Assembly (NCBI RefSeq): GCF_038025025.1
Contig: NW_027117343.1
Span: 186,001 to 250,000, forward strand
Source: Phyllosticta citribraziliensis
Lineage: Eukaryota
Direction: 5' to 3'
DNA length: 64,000 nucleotides
Shown here one piece after another: positions 13,219 to 26,061 of this stretch (position 1 is its first letter; each line of letters opens with the position of its first letter). The notes under the pieces were generated by a model. That model was not told the origin of the DNA, ran no database searches, and saw only the letters and a program-made list of their open reading frames with translations. The position numbers and the translations under genes are program-made.

Positions 13219-14969
13219 CTAAACCTCCGCCTCAACCACTCTCGTCACGCCCGTCGCCTTCGCAACGTCCTGAATAGTCTTCTCATCCGCAAACCGGTCG
13301 TGCGGCACCCACTTGGAACTATTCTGTGGCGTCGTCTCCTGGAGCATCTGATCGACCTGCTCCAAACTCAGGCCCTTGGTCTCGGGAACCATGAAGTAGG
13401 CAAACAGCGCGCACAGCGTGCACGTGCTGCCCCAGACGAAGAAGACTTTGGGGCCAAGATTCCCCTGGTCGGCGTCGACCATGTACGGCGTGACGTAGCC
13501 GAGCACGAAGTTCCAGAGCCAGTTGCTTGCCGTGGCCAGCGCGACGCCCTTGGCGCGGATGGGCAGCGGATACACCTCGCCGATGACGACCCACGCCGCG
13601 GGACCCCACGTCGAGGCGAAGAAGAAGATGTAGATGCACACGAAGACGATGAGCACAATACCGGCGGCGTTGGAGCCCGGCGCCGCCGTGCCGACGATGG
13701 CCACGATGAATTCTGCGAACAGCATGCCGACGGCGCCCCAGATGAGCAGCGGGCGGCGGCCGAACTTTTCGATGGTCCAGAAGGAGACGGGCGTCGAGAC
13801 GACGTTGACGACGTTGGTGATGACGCTGTAGAGGAACGAGTTGTCCATGCCGACTTGCTGGAAGAAGGTCGTACCATAGTACCTGCAGCGATTGTCAGTC
13901 CATTGATATTCTCCGGTGAAGTCAGGGGGTGCTTACATGATAAAATTGATACCAGTAAACTGTTGGAAGCACTGCATGGCTGTACCCAGGACAACACGGC
14001 GCAGGTTACCACCGGGGCTCCAGCCGCCGCTGAAGCAGTCCGCCCACGACGTCTTCATGAACTCCATTTCGTGGCGGTAGTTGGCAATGAGCTCGGCCAG
14101 CTCGGCCTGCACGTATTCCGAATCGGCCGGCTGTCCGCGCAGCGTCGCCAGTGACTTGGCCGCCGCCTCAATGCGGTCTTTCTTGACGTAGTAGCGCGGC
14201 GACTCGGGGAGTAAAGCAAGACCACCAGCCAGGATGATGGCCCATAGGAATTGGATGGCAATGGGAATTCGATAGCTTCCCGAGTCCATGCGGTTGTGCG
14301 TGCCTTGTGCGACGCAGGAGGCGAGCAAGAGACCAATAGTGATGGCGAATTGGTAGCCAGAGACGATCGCTCCCCTCACGGCTTTAGGGGCAATCTCGGA
14401 CATGTACATGATGATGGTGGCAGAGACGAAACCGACGCCAAGGCCTGCGATGATGCGGCCAGCAACAAGGAGACCGACTTCGGTCGAGGCGACTTGGAGA
14501 ATGACACCGACGGAAAAGATGCCGCATCCAGCAATGACAGTGTCACGGCGGCCTATCCAGTCCGAGACTGAACCAGCGAAGAGAGCACCAAAGAAGGTTC
14601 CGGCTGACAGGATGGAGGTGATGAGAGATTTCTCCCAGGTATGATAGAGATATCCGTTGTATGCGTTCGTTGTGTCGGTTGAGCCTGGGTGGCCAAATTC
14701 TTGCTTGAAATAGTCCATTGCGAGGACACCGCTAATATAACCCTGCACGCCGTCAGGATGATTTCCATCACGACAACAGTGAATTTACCGAGTCATATCC
14801 AAAGAGAATACCACCAAAGGCGGCGAAAGCGCAAAGCAGGTAGGCCTTGACAGTGACAGGAGCTGGGAAAGGTCAGCGCAGCCCCAACATGGTCATTCCC
14901 AAGCGTAAACATACCCTCCACTCGGGCATTGAGCCCCTGGTCGCGGTTCGACTTTGGCGAGAACTTCAT
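13219..14969 (-). CDS. Sugar porter (MFS hexose transporter, MstA/Rco-3/Rgt2-like), 4 exons
   Basis: Spliced MKFSPK..VEAPVTVKAYLLCAFAAFGGILFGYDSGYISGV. Contains DWIGRR, PESPRY, QQFTGINFI, FGRRPLL and VPETKGLSLEQ sugar-porter signatures. Confidence 0.95.
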
Positions 14970-17840
14970 GATTGCAGAGAAAGTCTCACGACACTTGATG
15001 GTGGAAAAGACAAAGGACAAGGTCTGAATTTAAAGCAGAGAACAAGACTTCCAGGCCGACCGGCACACGACATGCGCCTTCGCAGTGGACGGCTTTGGAC
15101 GCACAACACCTGACAGGGGTCTGTGCGGGCGACTCGGTGCATTGTGGTCTCGAACACAGGGCAAAACCTCACGTACGGACAAGTGTAGCGACTGTGGCTT
15201 TGGGAGTAGGCCCTTCAATCGCTCGCAAGTGGCACAGGGCGCCAGCGGCACCTGTTGATCTGGACGCGCGCGGGGCAATTGGAATGGTAGCAGCGGCGAT
15301 GTTGTCTTTTCATGGCCGGCGCCGCGCGCCACAGCCTCGTCGGATAGGCCGAACGTGGCCCCCAGGCGCGCCCGAGCCGATGTTCTCGAGCAAAGAGACA
15401 TGGCGATTTGCCGTGCAACCTTCCGTGTCAGGTCATACGGGCTCTTTTGGCCCGCCGTCAGCAGCGCTGAAGACAGCCGGACGAGGAGGTACTGTACGGT
15501 GGTGTGGATGGTGGGTCAACAGGGTGGTGGATCCTTTGACAACGACTCAGATGTAGCCTTGTGAGACATTCTTTCGACCTGAATGCGTTTGTCCCCGGGT
15601 CAATTCCAATTTTTCGCTGCTCTTGTGAAGGACAATACTCTCTCTGACGTGGAGGGTGATGCCGTGACGTCGTCGTCGCATGATGTCGAGATAAAGGAGT
15701 CTTTGTTCGGGGACGGAGCGAGCGACGTCGAGGGACGACGTCGTCAACGAGGGCTGGTCCGTGCTGCGGGGAAGCTAGCTCTCCACGGGGAAGAAATCCG
15801 GGTCTGGGGCAGCCGCTGCACAGGCCACCCACTCCAACGACACCTCGCCCCTCGTCCCCGTCTCTCGTCACTCAATCAATCCCAAATGCCGACCTGTCGG
15901 CACTACCCGCCCCTCTGCTCCTCTCTCGCCACGTGTGGTCCGTATCTACCTTCTTTCTGGTCGCCACGGCCGGCCCAAGAGGCATGACCAATCCTTCCGC
16001 CTATTTCATCCCAATCCGTGTCGTCTTTAACTCCTCATCTTTGCGGCCATTCTTTCTTTCCCCCGCCTCTCCGCCTTTGCTTCCCCTGTCATCTCCAGTT
16101 TCTCGTCCTCGACCGGCCTTCATGCGACTCAGCTATTAATAGCCAAGTCGGTTCCTGGCCCAATCATGTCTTCCACGGAGTCTCTCTTGCCACCGCTGTC
16201 GGCCTTCTGCCAAATGACCACCGCGCCGCGCTTCGAACTGCTTTCTAGAAGCTGACGCTCCCCGTAAGCAATAAATCTTTGCACCACCCACCGCCGACGT
16301 GGATCAATACACGATCTCCTGAGCACAGCACGCGGCTTGTATGACCCGTCGACCCCAGCAGCTCCTCAGCTCGAAAGCTGTTCGCCCCCTTCTGTTCGCT
16401 TGCAAGCGGCCAAATTCCAGCGCCAGATCCGGCTCGCCGCGCAAAAACGCAAGCCAAAAGATGAACGCGTGACCTGTCACGCAGTCTCGTGATGGCCTCT
16501 GCTGCCTTTCTTTGTCGCGTTTCTGCTCCCATTGGTCCCGGGCTACAACCAGTCCAGCGAATCAGGGAAAAGGTAGCCTGTTATTGTCCGGCCCCCAGCC
16601 ATGGCCTCGGAGCCTGACTCGGCTTTAGGCTCGGCCCTGAGGTGATACGACAGCTTCTCAGTCGCCGCAGACACATGTGAAGAGGGGTAGGTCGGTTCTC
16701 GTTTTCGTATTGCCTTGCTCGTCGAATGGTTCTGCGATTGCTTTGGAATTGTGGAGAGCTTTCGAATATTTCTTGGACTTGCTGTCGAAAGCCGTGGAAT
16801 ACATGTCAAAGCCTCTTCGTGCGCCGCGTGAAGCTAGTACATGGAGCGCTGAAATACCTGTCATCCAACACTCGAAGACAATCCGCGAGCCATTTTCAGT
16901 CTGAAAAGAGAGGGGAATATTCATTCGCTTGCTTGCTTACTCATGGGCCTAATGTGGCGTACGCGATGACTCTCTTGGTCCAGCTTCCAATCGGTCAGGG
17001 ACCTACCTGCTCATGAACACTCCTCGCTTCCGCTCTGTGGTGCAGCAAACACTGAGGCCGTCGCCGCCGCCGTCGTCTTGGGTAATTTTCAAGAAACGGA
17101 GACGCGTTTTGGCTGTTTGGTAGGTTGCTGATTGAACTTTGCGCAGCGTTCATTGTTTGGCGATCTTCTTCATCCAAGAGCAGGAAGGATACGACATCGG
17201 GGTTCTGGTTCGAGGTACGAGGGCATTGACGCTCTTGATGTTGTTTCCCGAGCTTGACGGGTGGGGAAAGACGCCGCCTTGGGCAGTGATACCGGAGTGT
17301 TCTGAAAAATGTCAGCTTCGCAATCACCTCCCAGCACAAGCAATTGAGCCTCTCGCCCCATGGAAAGAAACTCCTCGCTTGCCAGTGCAAGCCTTTGGTA
17401 CGTATGAGCAAGCTGATGGACACGTTGGCGCGGCGATGGGGTAGTTGTGGCTAAAGAAGCGTGTGTGAGAGGGGGAAGTCAGTTAAAGGTACGTTGGCTT
17501 CCGTGTTATCCAGCTCTTCAGGCGCTTATCCACTTGTTGTGGCAATCTTTTTGGGTGTTTTTCCCCGCCAAATTAACACCTTTGCGTGTGAAAACTGGCA
17601 ACATTTGTCTGGTGCAAGCGAGTGCGGGCGTATATATGGCGAATGGTGAGTACTTTGCCGTGGCGCCCGCATTTCCAAATGCAGCCTTCCATGCCCCCTG
17701 TGCCTTCTGCACTGTTGGTCGATCGCTTGCCGAAGGCGCGTGTAGTTTTTCCGACGACGCGTCGTGCCTCTAAGCAAAACACCACCGCCCGCGACCATCA
17801 ACTCAAAAAGCTGACGGCACCCTCTCTTCAACTCAAAATC

Positions 17841-18706
17841 ATGGCGCTCTCAAAGGATGGAGATGACTTCCGCAAGTCGATTGGAAAGTATGAGCTCACA
17901 GATCTGCCCGTTCACAGCCTTTGCTAAGCATCCAGGCTTTTTGACACCGGCCTATACTCTGACGCCCAGGTTGTCGTCGGCACAACCATCTTCAACGTGC
18001 ACAAATCTGTCCTTTGTACGCAGAATGCCTACTTCGCTCACGCCTTCGATGTGGCCCATGGATTCAAAGTATGTCCCCTGTAACGCAGCTCCGGCTACCT
18101 GTCTGAGAAGTTGCATGAGCTAATCAGACGAATACACAGGAATCCTACACCAGCGTCATCACCATCGAGGAGCCCGCAAACGTTGAAGTCATCAAAGCAA
18201 TGCTCGAGTATATTTACAAGGGAGATTACACGGTTGCCAGCGATACCGAGGCCCAGCTTGTAGTCGACACCGGCGTTTATGCGGCGGCAGAGATGTTCCG
18301 AGTTGAAGGTCTCAAGCAGCTGGCAGCTGAGCGCATCAGCTCGAATATTGACAAAGTCTTCTCATCCTCTAACCTGGCCATCGTTCTCGATAATGTCTAC
18401 GAGTACACCCCGGAGCACGACCGCCAGGTTCGTGACCTTTTCGCTAAAGCCGCAACAACCAAGATTGAGAGGGAGGGTCTTCTTGGCAGCGCTACCTTCC
18501 GCGAGGCAATTAAGGAGAACGGAAACTTCGCGGCGGACATCGTGCTCGCCATGCACAAGACAGTCAACATTCAGGCCGAGGTCACATGCCGGATCTGCAC
18601 CTCCACGACATTGGTCCCGACGAAGGCCGTGGAGGAGGAGAGGGCTATCCTCTGCGACGGTTGTAACCGCGTCTACGGCTTCCAGTACTGGAACATCAAA
18701 GAGTGA
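17841..18706 (+). CDS. BTB/POZ protein with C-terminal zinc ribbon (locus 3), 3 exons
   Basis: Exon 1 MALSKDGDDFRKSIG(K), intron 17888-17935, exon 2 LFDTGLYSDAQVVVGTTIFNVHKSVLCTQNAYF..GFK, intron, exon 3 ESYTSVITIEEP..MLEYIYKGDY..CRIC..CDGC..W. Confidence 0.9.
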
Positions 18707-19134
18707 TCCGCTGCAATCACCAACTGGCTCCGCAACTCGACATTGGCAAAGTCTAGGGAGAGAGTGAGGGACTGGAGGTGAGTCAGCTTTCATAAAGCTT
18801 TTCTACAACTGACTAACAAACTTGCAAGTTCTTCGGGCTCTCGGGGGAGCTTGCTGCTCCAGCGTACCTCAGACAGCTTCCCGCACCGGTTCTGTATTCG
18901 AAGAGTGATTGCATTGGGATGGGACAAAATGGGGCTACAGACAGGCATCGGGGTATAGGTGGTAGATAAAATGGAACTTCTCCATCTGCATTCATTACTG
19001 TCTATAATTTGGGGTAGGGCCCAAGAGCACAGCCTGCCTTGGGGGCTTGCTGGTTGACGCGCTCACGTCATGGACGAACGACCTCCTTCGCCGCCATGAG
19101 TTCAACGTCGCCACAACGTAGCGAACGACGTTGA

Positions 19135-19525
19135 GACACCGAGAGCCAGCTTTGAATCTACACTGCCGTCTACGGGATCGCAGAAATACTCCAGATCCAT
19201 GGTCTGAAGAAACTCGCAGCTGAGCGCGCTTTCGTTCTCCAACCTCGCATCTGTCGTTGCACTCGTCTACGACTCCACCCCGGACACCGACCGTCGTCTC
19301 CGGGACATGCTGGTCAAGTCCGAGAAGCTCAAGATAGAGAAGGAGAACCTTCTCGGCAGCGACACGTTCAACTCATCTATGGAGGAGAATGACACTTTCT
19401 CGGCAGACCTGGTTCACGTCCTGTTCGATTGGGTCCAGATAAACTCTGTCAGGGCACTACTGTTGCTCCTTCGCACGCTCGGAAAACAAGGCAGTCAGAG
19501 AACAAGGGGCGCTGTGGGTGGATAA
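19135..19525 (+). pseudogene. 5'-truncated BTB family relic (locus 4)
   Basis: DTESQL*IYTAVYGIAEILQIHGLKKLAAER / FSNLASVVALVYDSTPDTDRRLRDMLVK..KIEKENLLGSDTF..FSADLVHVL. Collinear with exon 3 of 17841-18706, with a stop and a deletion/frameshift. Confidence 0.8.
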
Positions 19526-19890
19526 GTAAGAAAATGATCACGGCGGCTGGAGGAAGAAGGTAGAAACCAAGCTGCTGCTGAATGGGGACGTATGACAACA
19601 TAAGTGAGAAGGCGATGGGTGAGCTTGTTGAGACCAGCATTGATGAAGTTCCCTTCTCCTTCTCGCTATTCACATTTTTGAACAAGTCTGTATTTTTGTT
19701 TTGAAGCACTACCGAGGACTCAGTGCCAAATGCGGCCGCGCCTGCCTCCTGCGCCTTCGGAGCTTTTGCACCGGAGCCGAAGTCGCGTATATTTTTCCGT
19801 CGGCGCGTCGTCTTCCTAACCAAAACAACCACCGCACACCACGGAAACCTCCAAGCTTCAACGAAAATTTCACCGCGCAACCCCAAAACC

Positions 19891-20645
19891 ATGGGGACCT
19901 CCGCGGATAATCTCTTTCGCAAGAGCATCGGCGAGTACGTATTGCAAGCAGAACCCCCAGCTCTCGAACAAGTCACTGAAGGCGCTCAGGTTGCTCGATT
20001 CGGGTCTCTACGCCGACGTGGAGGTGAAGGTCGGGACTACTACTTTCAAGGCCCACAAGGCCATCCTCTGCACTCAGTGCGACTTCTTTCGTCACGCATT
20101 CGACAAAAGCAATGGCTTCAAGGTACGTCCTTTACAAATCTGCCTCAGGTACCCTCGCTCTCCCCAGAGATCAGCTGCTAACCTGAGACGGTGCCGTGCA
20201 GGAGGCTGAAACCAACGTCATCGCTCTCGGAGAGCCGACCACTCCCGAGGTTACGCGCGCGATGCTTGAGTTCCTGTACCGTGGCAATTATACCAAGACT
20301 CAAGACGCCGAGAGCCAGTTCGTCATCGACGTGGGCGTCTTCATTGCCGGCGAGATGTACATCATCCCTGGCCTGAAGGAAATCGCCTTCACGCGTATCC
20401 AAGAAGTTCTCAACAACGTCGTCTACTATTCAACTTTCCCGACCGGCATCGCAAAAATATACGATTTCACCCCAGAAAACGACCGCAGCCTCCGCAACTT
20501 GCTGGTTGACACTGCCAAGCTCAAGATCGAGACTGGGGGTCTCCTGCAAAACCAAGGCTTCAACGAGGCCTTGGAGACTTGCAGTGGTTTCGGCAAAGAT
20601 CTAGTCCATGCGCTCGGCACTTACACAGTCATCTGGGAAGAGTGA
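19891..20645 (+). CDS. BTB/POZ protein lacking the zinc ribbon (locus 5), 3 exons
   Basis: MGTSADNLFRKSIGE | LLDSGLYADVEVKVGTTTFKAHKAILCTQCDFF..GFK | EAETNVIAL..MLEFLYRGNY..TVIWEE*. Canonical splice sites at the family positions. Confidence 0.85.
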
Positions 20646-20844
20646 TGGACGTCTGTTGGGTTCCCAAGACTAAAACATATACGGCGCTGTTGGCCGGTTG
20701 GCAGGATCAGGGCGGCGTACGTTGGGAGTAGCTTACACGAATGAATTTTGCTTCTCTTTCACATCTGGAATCGTGTTTTCCTCTTTGATTCAAAAACACC
20801 GCAAGAAATATCTCAGTAGTGGTGGGCCTCCGTGGCAGCGTAAG

Positions 20845-21412
20845 GAGCCCAGCGAACTCAATCACGCTGGAAGATCCCGCCACTCCCGACGTCGTCCGCT
20901 CCGTTCTAGCATTCCTACACTGCGGCGAATAAAACACGTGTGAAGACGTTGAGAAGCACTTTTTAATTGGTCTTGGGGTCATGGTGGTCGCGGAAATGTA
21001 CATGATCCCGAGTCTCAAGGAGCTTGCATTCAGCTACCTTTACGACAATATCGACTAGGCAATGCGATACTCGAGTCTGTCGTCTGCTATGAACAACATC
21101 TATAACTTCACTCCCGAGGACGACCACGGCCTCCGCGACCTGCTTGTCCAGACGGCAGTCGCGAAGATTGAGAACGAGAACCTTTTAGCAAGTCAGTCCT
21201 TCAACGACGTTCTTGAAGCCTACGGCAAATTCGCGAAGGACATCATCCATGCCCTGCATAAGGCTACCGTCGTCATCTGGGAGATCGACCTTGAGTGCAA
21301 GGTCTGCGCGCAAGTCGCCACCATCCCGATCAAGGCCAGGTAGGAGGGCAAGGCTACGTGCTCCTACGGTTGCGATAGGGTGTACGACGCAAAGTATTGG
21401 ATTTGGATCTGA
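20845..21412 (+). pseudogene. BTB family exon-3 relic with three in-frame stops (locus 6)
   Basis: NSITLEDPATPDVVRSVLAFLHCGE*..AEMYMIPSLKELAF..NID*AMRY..GLRDLLV..VIWEIDLECKVC..AR*EGKATCSYGC..YW. Closest to locus 5; exons 1-2 not found. Confidence 0.85.
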
Positions 21413-22028
21413 GGGAGACATCGCCTTTGTGGGTGGTTCTAGAGAATGCAGTCATAAAAATCAACCTCTTCCAATCGGCCTGTCATCAAAGCTGCCTGTG
21501 ACTGTGCCAGGGCGTGGCCGAGAGGCCGTTGTTTTTCCCGTCGCACCTGCGATGTCCAAGCGCCAACGAAAACCTGCTCGACCAAGCGACTCTTAACGAG
21601 GCGGTGAAGAGCAACATTGGATCCACCGAGGGCCTCGCTGACGCCCCTCAGAAATCAAAGAACCAGGAGGAAGCCTCAAGAAGCTGAAGATCGCGTGTAA
21701 TGTATTGTCCAGGAGGGAACGTGCCAGGAAACTGAAGCGGGCCGTTCAAATGACCACCTCAACTACTCACCAATTACGTCACTCCGCTTGCCTTCGGTCG
21801 GTTTCTGGTTCATTCAAACCAGTCCGGAAGGTAGGTGATTTCGCCTCTGAGCAGTTTTCAATTTCCAGCCAGGTCGCTCGCCCTATTTTCACTCAACATG
21901 CAATTTGTCGCTGCCCTTGTTGTGTGCGAAGCTCGTCGAATGCCTCGATGTGGTTGGCTCTGACCTATGACGCTTACGTACTATGCTGGATGCGGTGTCC
22001 AAAAGGAAAGAGGAAAGAACGAAACATC

Positions 22029-22070
22029 ATTGTTTGTCGACTATTGTTTGTCGACTATTGTTTGTCGACT
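22029..22070 (+). repeat. 14-bp tandem repeat x3 (ATTGTTTGTCGACT)
   Basis: Read directly from the sequence; overlaps the end of the 22041-23675 ORF. Confidence 0.9.
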
Positions 22071-23675
22071 CCCCATCCCTCCAGCGTTCCCGTCATCCCC
22101 ACCCCGAATTCCCTCCCACACATTCTGTGCTACACAATCCAGGTTTTTTAACTTGTCCAGATCATTCTTTTCGACCGCTTCAGGTCCGTTTATCATTTCC
22201 CAGCACCTTTCCCCGGCTTGCTTCCAGTTAGTTGGAAGCTGTTCCTTGGCCATCTGGGAAAATACCCTCCGCACGTTCATTGTTTGACGTTCCAGCCAAT
22301 GCACAGTAGGCCGGGTGTTCGGGTCAAAGAACAGGACCCCGTGCCCAAGCTCCTCCACCATATGCCTCCACCTCCTTGCGATACTCAACTCGTTATGAAC
22401 CAGAAGCCTCGGGCTCATACTGGACCGTCTTTTGCGCCGCAGCTCGCCGCCCGTGATATGGTACAAATCCACCAGGGCCGTGGTTACCAGGGCGGCAGCT
22501 TTACTGCTCCCACCTCTTGACCTTTGGCCACCGCCGTCCAGTTCCCTCTGGCGCAAAACCTCCTCGACTTGGTCGTCAAAATGATTTGCCAACATGAGGT
22601 AACTGACTTTTTGCCTCACGGCTGCTGCGTTGGCTGAGACATTGGCCTTGAAAGACATATCGAACAGTTGGATGAACAGTCGCTGCTTTTCCTCGGTAAG
22701 ACAAGCCGCGTCGAAGTTGGCCATCTGGTTTTGGTCGAAGTGGATACTTGCAGCCATTGCCGGTTCATTTGCTGTGTCGGCGGGTGTAGATCTGATACCG
22801 GGGTCGCTGAGCGTGTTTAATGTCGAGTTGATCAGGCAGATCGTCATTTTAAACTCCTCGGCCTTTCTGAGCAGGACCTTGCCCATCTCCGCCTCCATCA
22901 TTACCAACCCCTGTGCATTCTTTTTAGTAGTCCTCTTTGTTCTTGATACCGCATCGCCCCTACCGCGCAGACGGGTCTCCGTCTCGGACTTCCTGATCCA
23001 TTCAATGTCCGGACTTACCGCCCGGAGCTTTGTCAAAAGCCTTTCTTCCTTTTGGGCTTCGTCGTCGAGGTCCTCAGCGGGTCTGGTGGCAGACGGACCA
23101 CTCCGAGCGCGGAAAGGGGCATTCCTGGAAGGCGAACAGGACCCGGATGACTCGTTGGAGTCGTCGGAATTGTCGGACAAAGAGATTACTTCGACCTTCT
23201 TGGATTGACCGGCTGTTGCGGCCTGTTTGTCCGTCTCGACACCATCGATGTTGTCGGGCCCCGCCGATGAAGACACCTCCGCCGCCGTTACATCCTTTCT
23301 CGCTCGCTTCCGTTGCGTTTCCTCTTCCTCGTTCTCTCGACATCGCTTTCCCAAAGCAGCCGAGGTGGCCTTTGTCAGAGCAGGCCCCGGTTCTTCACGC
23401 ACTCCAGATCCGTTGACGTCACTTTTCCTGGTCACCCTAAGCAGCTGGTCCCATTGACCGAATCCGAAGACACCGTCGAAGCCAGGAGTAGTGTCCTTGA
23501 GAAACTTCAGAACTGAAACTCTGGAGGCGGCGACAAGGAGGCAAGGCGCCGTCGATGGATCCCCGTCCCCGTCTTCGGTCCTTGGACCAAGCACTACTGC
23601 ACCCCGAGAGACAGGGTTTGCCGCTTTCCTTAAGGACTTCGCGATCGCAAGAAGGGATTCGTTTGGAAAAGGCAC
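22041..23675 (-). CDS. Hypothetical protein (544-codon exon, probably with further upstream exons to ~24800)
   Basis: Long open frame with NLS-like segments (KRCRE..RKRARK), a low-complexity middle and a helical C-terminal part (HNELSIARRWRHMVEELGHGVLFF). No ATG at the ORF start. Protein-like upstream frames at 23714-24007 and 24391-24790. Confidence 0.6.
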   Translation of the reverse strand: MPFPNESLLAIAKSLRKAANPVSRGAVVLGPRTEDGDGDPSTAPCLLVAASRVSVLKFLKDTTPGFDGVFGFGQWDQLLRVTRKSDVNGSGVREEPGPALTKATSAALGKRCRENEEEETQRKRARKDVTAAEVSSSAGPDNIDGVETDKQAATAGQSKKVEVISLSDNSDDSNESSGSCSPSRNAPFRARSGPSATRPAEDLDDEAQKEERLLTKLRAVSPDIEWIRKSETETRLRGRGDAVSRTKRTTKKNAQGLVMMEAEMGKVLLRKAEEFKMTICLINSTLNTLSDPGIRSTPADTANEPAMAASIHFDQNQMANFDAACLTEEKQRLFIQLFDMSFKANVSANAAAVRQKVSYLMLANHFDDQVEEVLRQRELDGGGQRSRGGSSKAAALVTTALVDLYHITGGELRRKRRSSMSPRLLVHNELSIARRWRHMVEELGHGVLFFDPNTRPTVHWLERQTMNVRRVFSQMAKEQLPTNWKQAGERCWEMINGPEAVEKNDLDKLKNLDCVAQNVWEGIRGGDDGNAGGMGSRQTIVDKQ

Positions 23676-25343
23676 AAAGTAGCCGCTGTCTCTAAGTTTG
23701 AAACTGCTGCTTGTCAGCTGACAATCACGTCAAGATCGAGATGGCGCGCAGACCCATCGTGGAAACGAAGACCCCTGATGTCTCTTACTCTTCCGTTCAA
23801 TGCAGCGGCTGAAATCTCCCCCAATGGAGCCTGTCCCGTTTCGTTTCCAATGGCGGAGGGGCATCTTCTGGAAGCTCCGGAGTCACTGGCCTCGAGACCA
23901 ACAGGTTGGCAAGGGGACTTTTGAGAGACATTTCGCTCCGAGGCATCAGGACTGGCAGACGATCGGAGGGGTGGATTTAGATTTGAACGCCCAACACAGG
24001 GGAGCATTTTCTGAAAGACTTTCTTGAATAAATTCAGTTCAGAGCAATTAGTGAGGATTTTTCAAAGACCGCTCAAGAGGGGCGCGAGCTGGAAATTTTG
24101 GATTGCTCGGGGCGGCTGCCGGGGCTCCTTGAGGTAATTTGGAAAAAGGTATTCCTCAGGATTGGCTGGGGACAGAGAGAGGCGGAAAACCACTTGCTCG
24201 GGAAGAGACAACCGACAGAGTGTTTATCTTCTTCATTCGCGGCCAAGAGTATCTGCGACTCGCTATACGCGCCAGAGCATAACATTTGTCCTCAAAGCTT
24301 ACTGGCCGACGCGCTTACGGCCCGGGTGCGCGAGGAATTCCAGGGTACGCGATGGCTGCCAGGGTGCGCGATAACTTTCAGGGTACGCGTTCACTTCCAG
24401 AATACGCGCCGACGCCCAAGATACGCGCCAACATCCAGGGCACGCGCCTGCATCCAAAGTGAACAAGCGCCGTTAGCGCCAGGACTTCGACGACACCGCT
24501 TCAGATATGGTACGACGGCTCCGAAACCCAATTGCTCATACCACTCATCAATGTTGCTGTCGTTGTCCCGGTCGAATCGGATATTCATCATCCAAGGAGT
24601 TGGTGTTTCCTCGCGCCTGGAGCGCCGTCGGGTGGTCTTCGAGTTTCTCTTCCGGAATTAGCACCTGCTTGCCGAAGCCACTAAAACAGAGTTTGATCCG
24701 GAGAGTAACCTGCAAAGTGCGTCGTTCAATAAGGCGATTGAGGGATACAGAATCGGGGAGGTCGAAGCCATATGCGAGGTCGGCTCTCATACAACGATGA
24801 TCCCAGCAAGACTATGTGCAGAGAAGTAAGCTTTCTTTTACGATGGCTTTTGTGACTCCAGAAAAGACTTGCATTTCGTGCGGGGTGTAGAAGACGCATG
24901 TGCAATAATCCAAACAAACAACTCTCGCGCGCTACAAGCGCTGATGGCCCTTGCGCATCTGCAGCAGCTGCTGCAAATCGAGATGAGGCGGAGGAAGCAA
25001 GGGACATACAGTAGCAGGGGTGGATAGGCTGCGGGTCTCGGAGCAGAGCGCACACAGCACTTCCATCATGCAAGCATGTTTTCTTCCCTCACCAAGTCAT
25101 GGAGGACGGAGTCTCCTGTAGGCAGTAGAGTCGGCAGACAGCCGAGGCGCTAGTCCGTAGTTAGTCCAGCGTGGTGCTGCGCAGGCGTCGCCCAGGGCGA
25201 TATCTCAGTCTCGCACTCACCTACTCAATCAATACACCTGATTTCGCACCTTCGTCGGCCCTGACCTCCTTCACCAAGCCCATAATACTCGTTCTCGGTC
25301 TCCTTCCTACTGTCCTCCGTTCTCAAGATTGCAGTAGTGGAAC

Positions 25344-26061
25344 ATGACAGACTACGCGGATAACGGAGCAATAGGGGCGGGGCCGTTGCAAATACCAGCT
25401 GCCTACGCCGACGTCGAAATCGTCTGTCTAGATACATTGGGAATCAGAGCACACAAATCAGTCATTTAAGACCGCAGCATCTACTTCATGGATCAGTTGG
25501 ATCTTCTGGAGACTAAAAAGGAGTATGAGGTGCGTCACCTGCCAAAATCCAAAGCTTCAGGCCCGCTGGTACTAATGGTAGAAGCGAACGCATGTCCTGA
25601 ACGAGCCTTTGGTCACCGAACTTCACACCTTGTACAGGGACTCTGTTGTCGTCCGCGCAGTCGTTGAGCACATGTACTTTATGGATTATAACGAGCCAAA
25701 ATACGCCAAATGGCACGAGATGATGCTGTTCCAAGTTGGGGTATTCGACGCAGCGTTCTTCCTGGATGTTCCCTCCACTCAGGAATTGGCGAGCAGCCGG
25801 TTTGAAGCACTCGTTCGAAAACACTGGAAAGACCCGGGCTTTGGGGACGTCGTCGGGCGTATGGCGTACAGCTTCCAGTACATTCAACCGCTCCGCGCCG
25901 TTTGCTTTCAGGTCATGCGCGACAACGGTTGGAGCTTGCTGGAAGATGCTGGATTCTGTGAGGAGCTGAGAATGTTTCTGGGCAAGTGGGGTGGAGATCG
26001 TCTGATTGGGCAGCTGAAAGATGTGCGCTTGCAAATGGAGGGACAACCAAAAGACAACTGA
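25344..26061 (+). pseudogene. Divergent BTB/POZ gene with one premature stop (locus 7)
   Basis: ATG 25344 MTDY..YADVEIVCLDTLGIRAHKSVI*DRSIYF (TAA at 25467-25469), then GTGCGT intron, then ELHTLYRDSVVVRAVVEHMYFMDY..LFQVGVFDAAFFLDVPSTQELASSRF. Confidence 0.75.

Noticed and set aside
13081..14154. 357-aa plus-strand ORF
   Set aside because: Antisense shadow of the GC3-rich sugar transporter CDS.
16245..17444. Protein-like short frames as a further BTB relic
   Set aside because: No convincing match to the family motifs and no coherent splice model.
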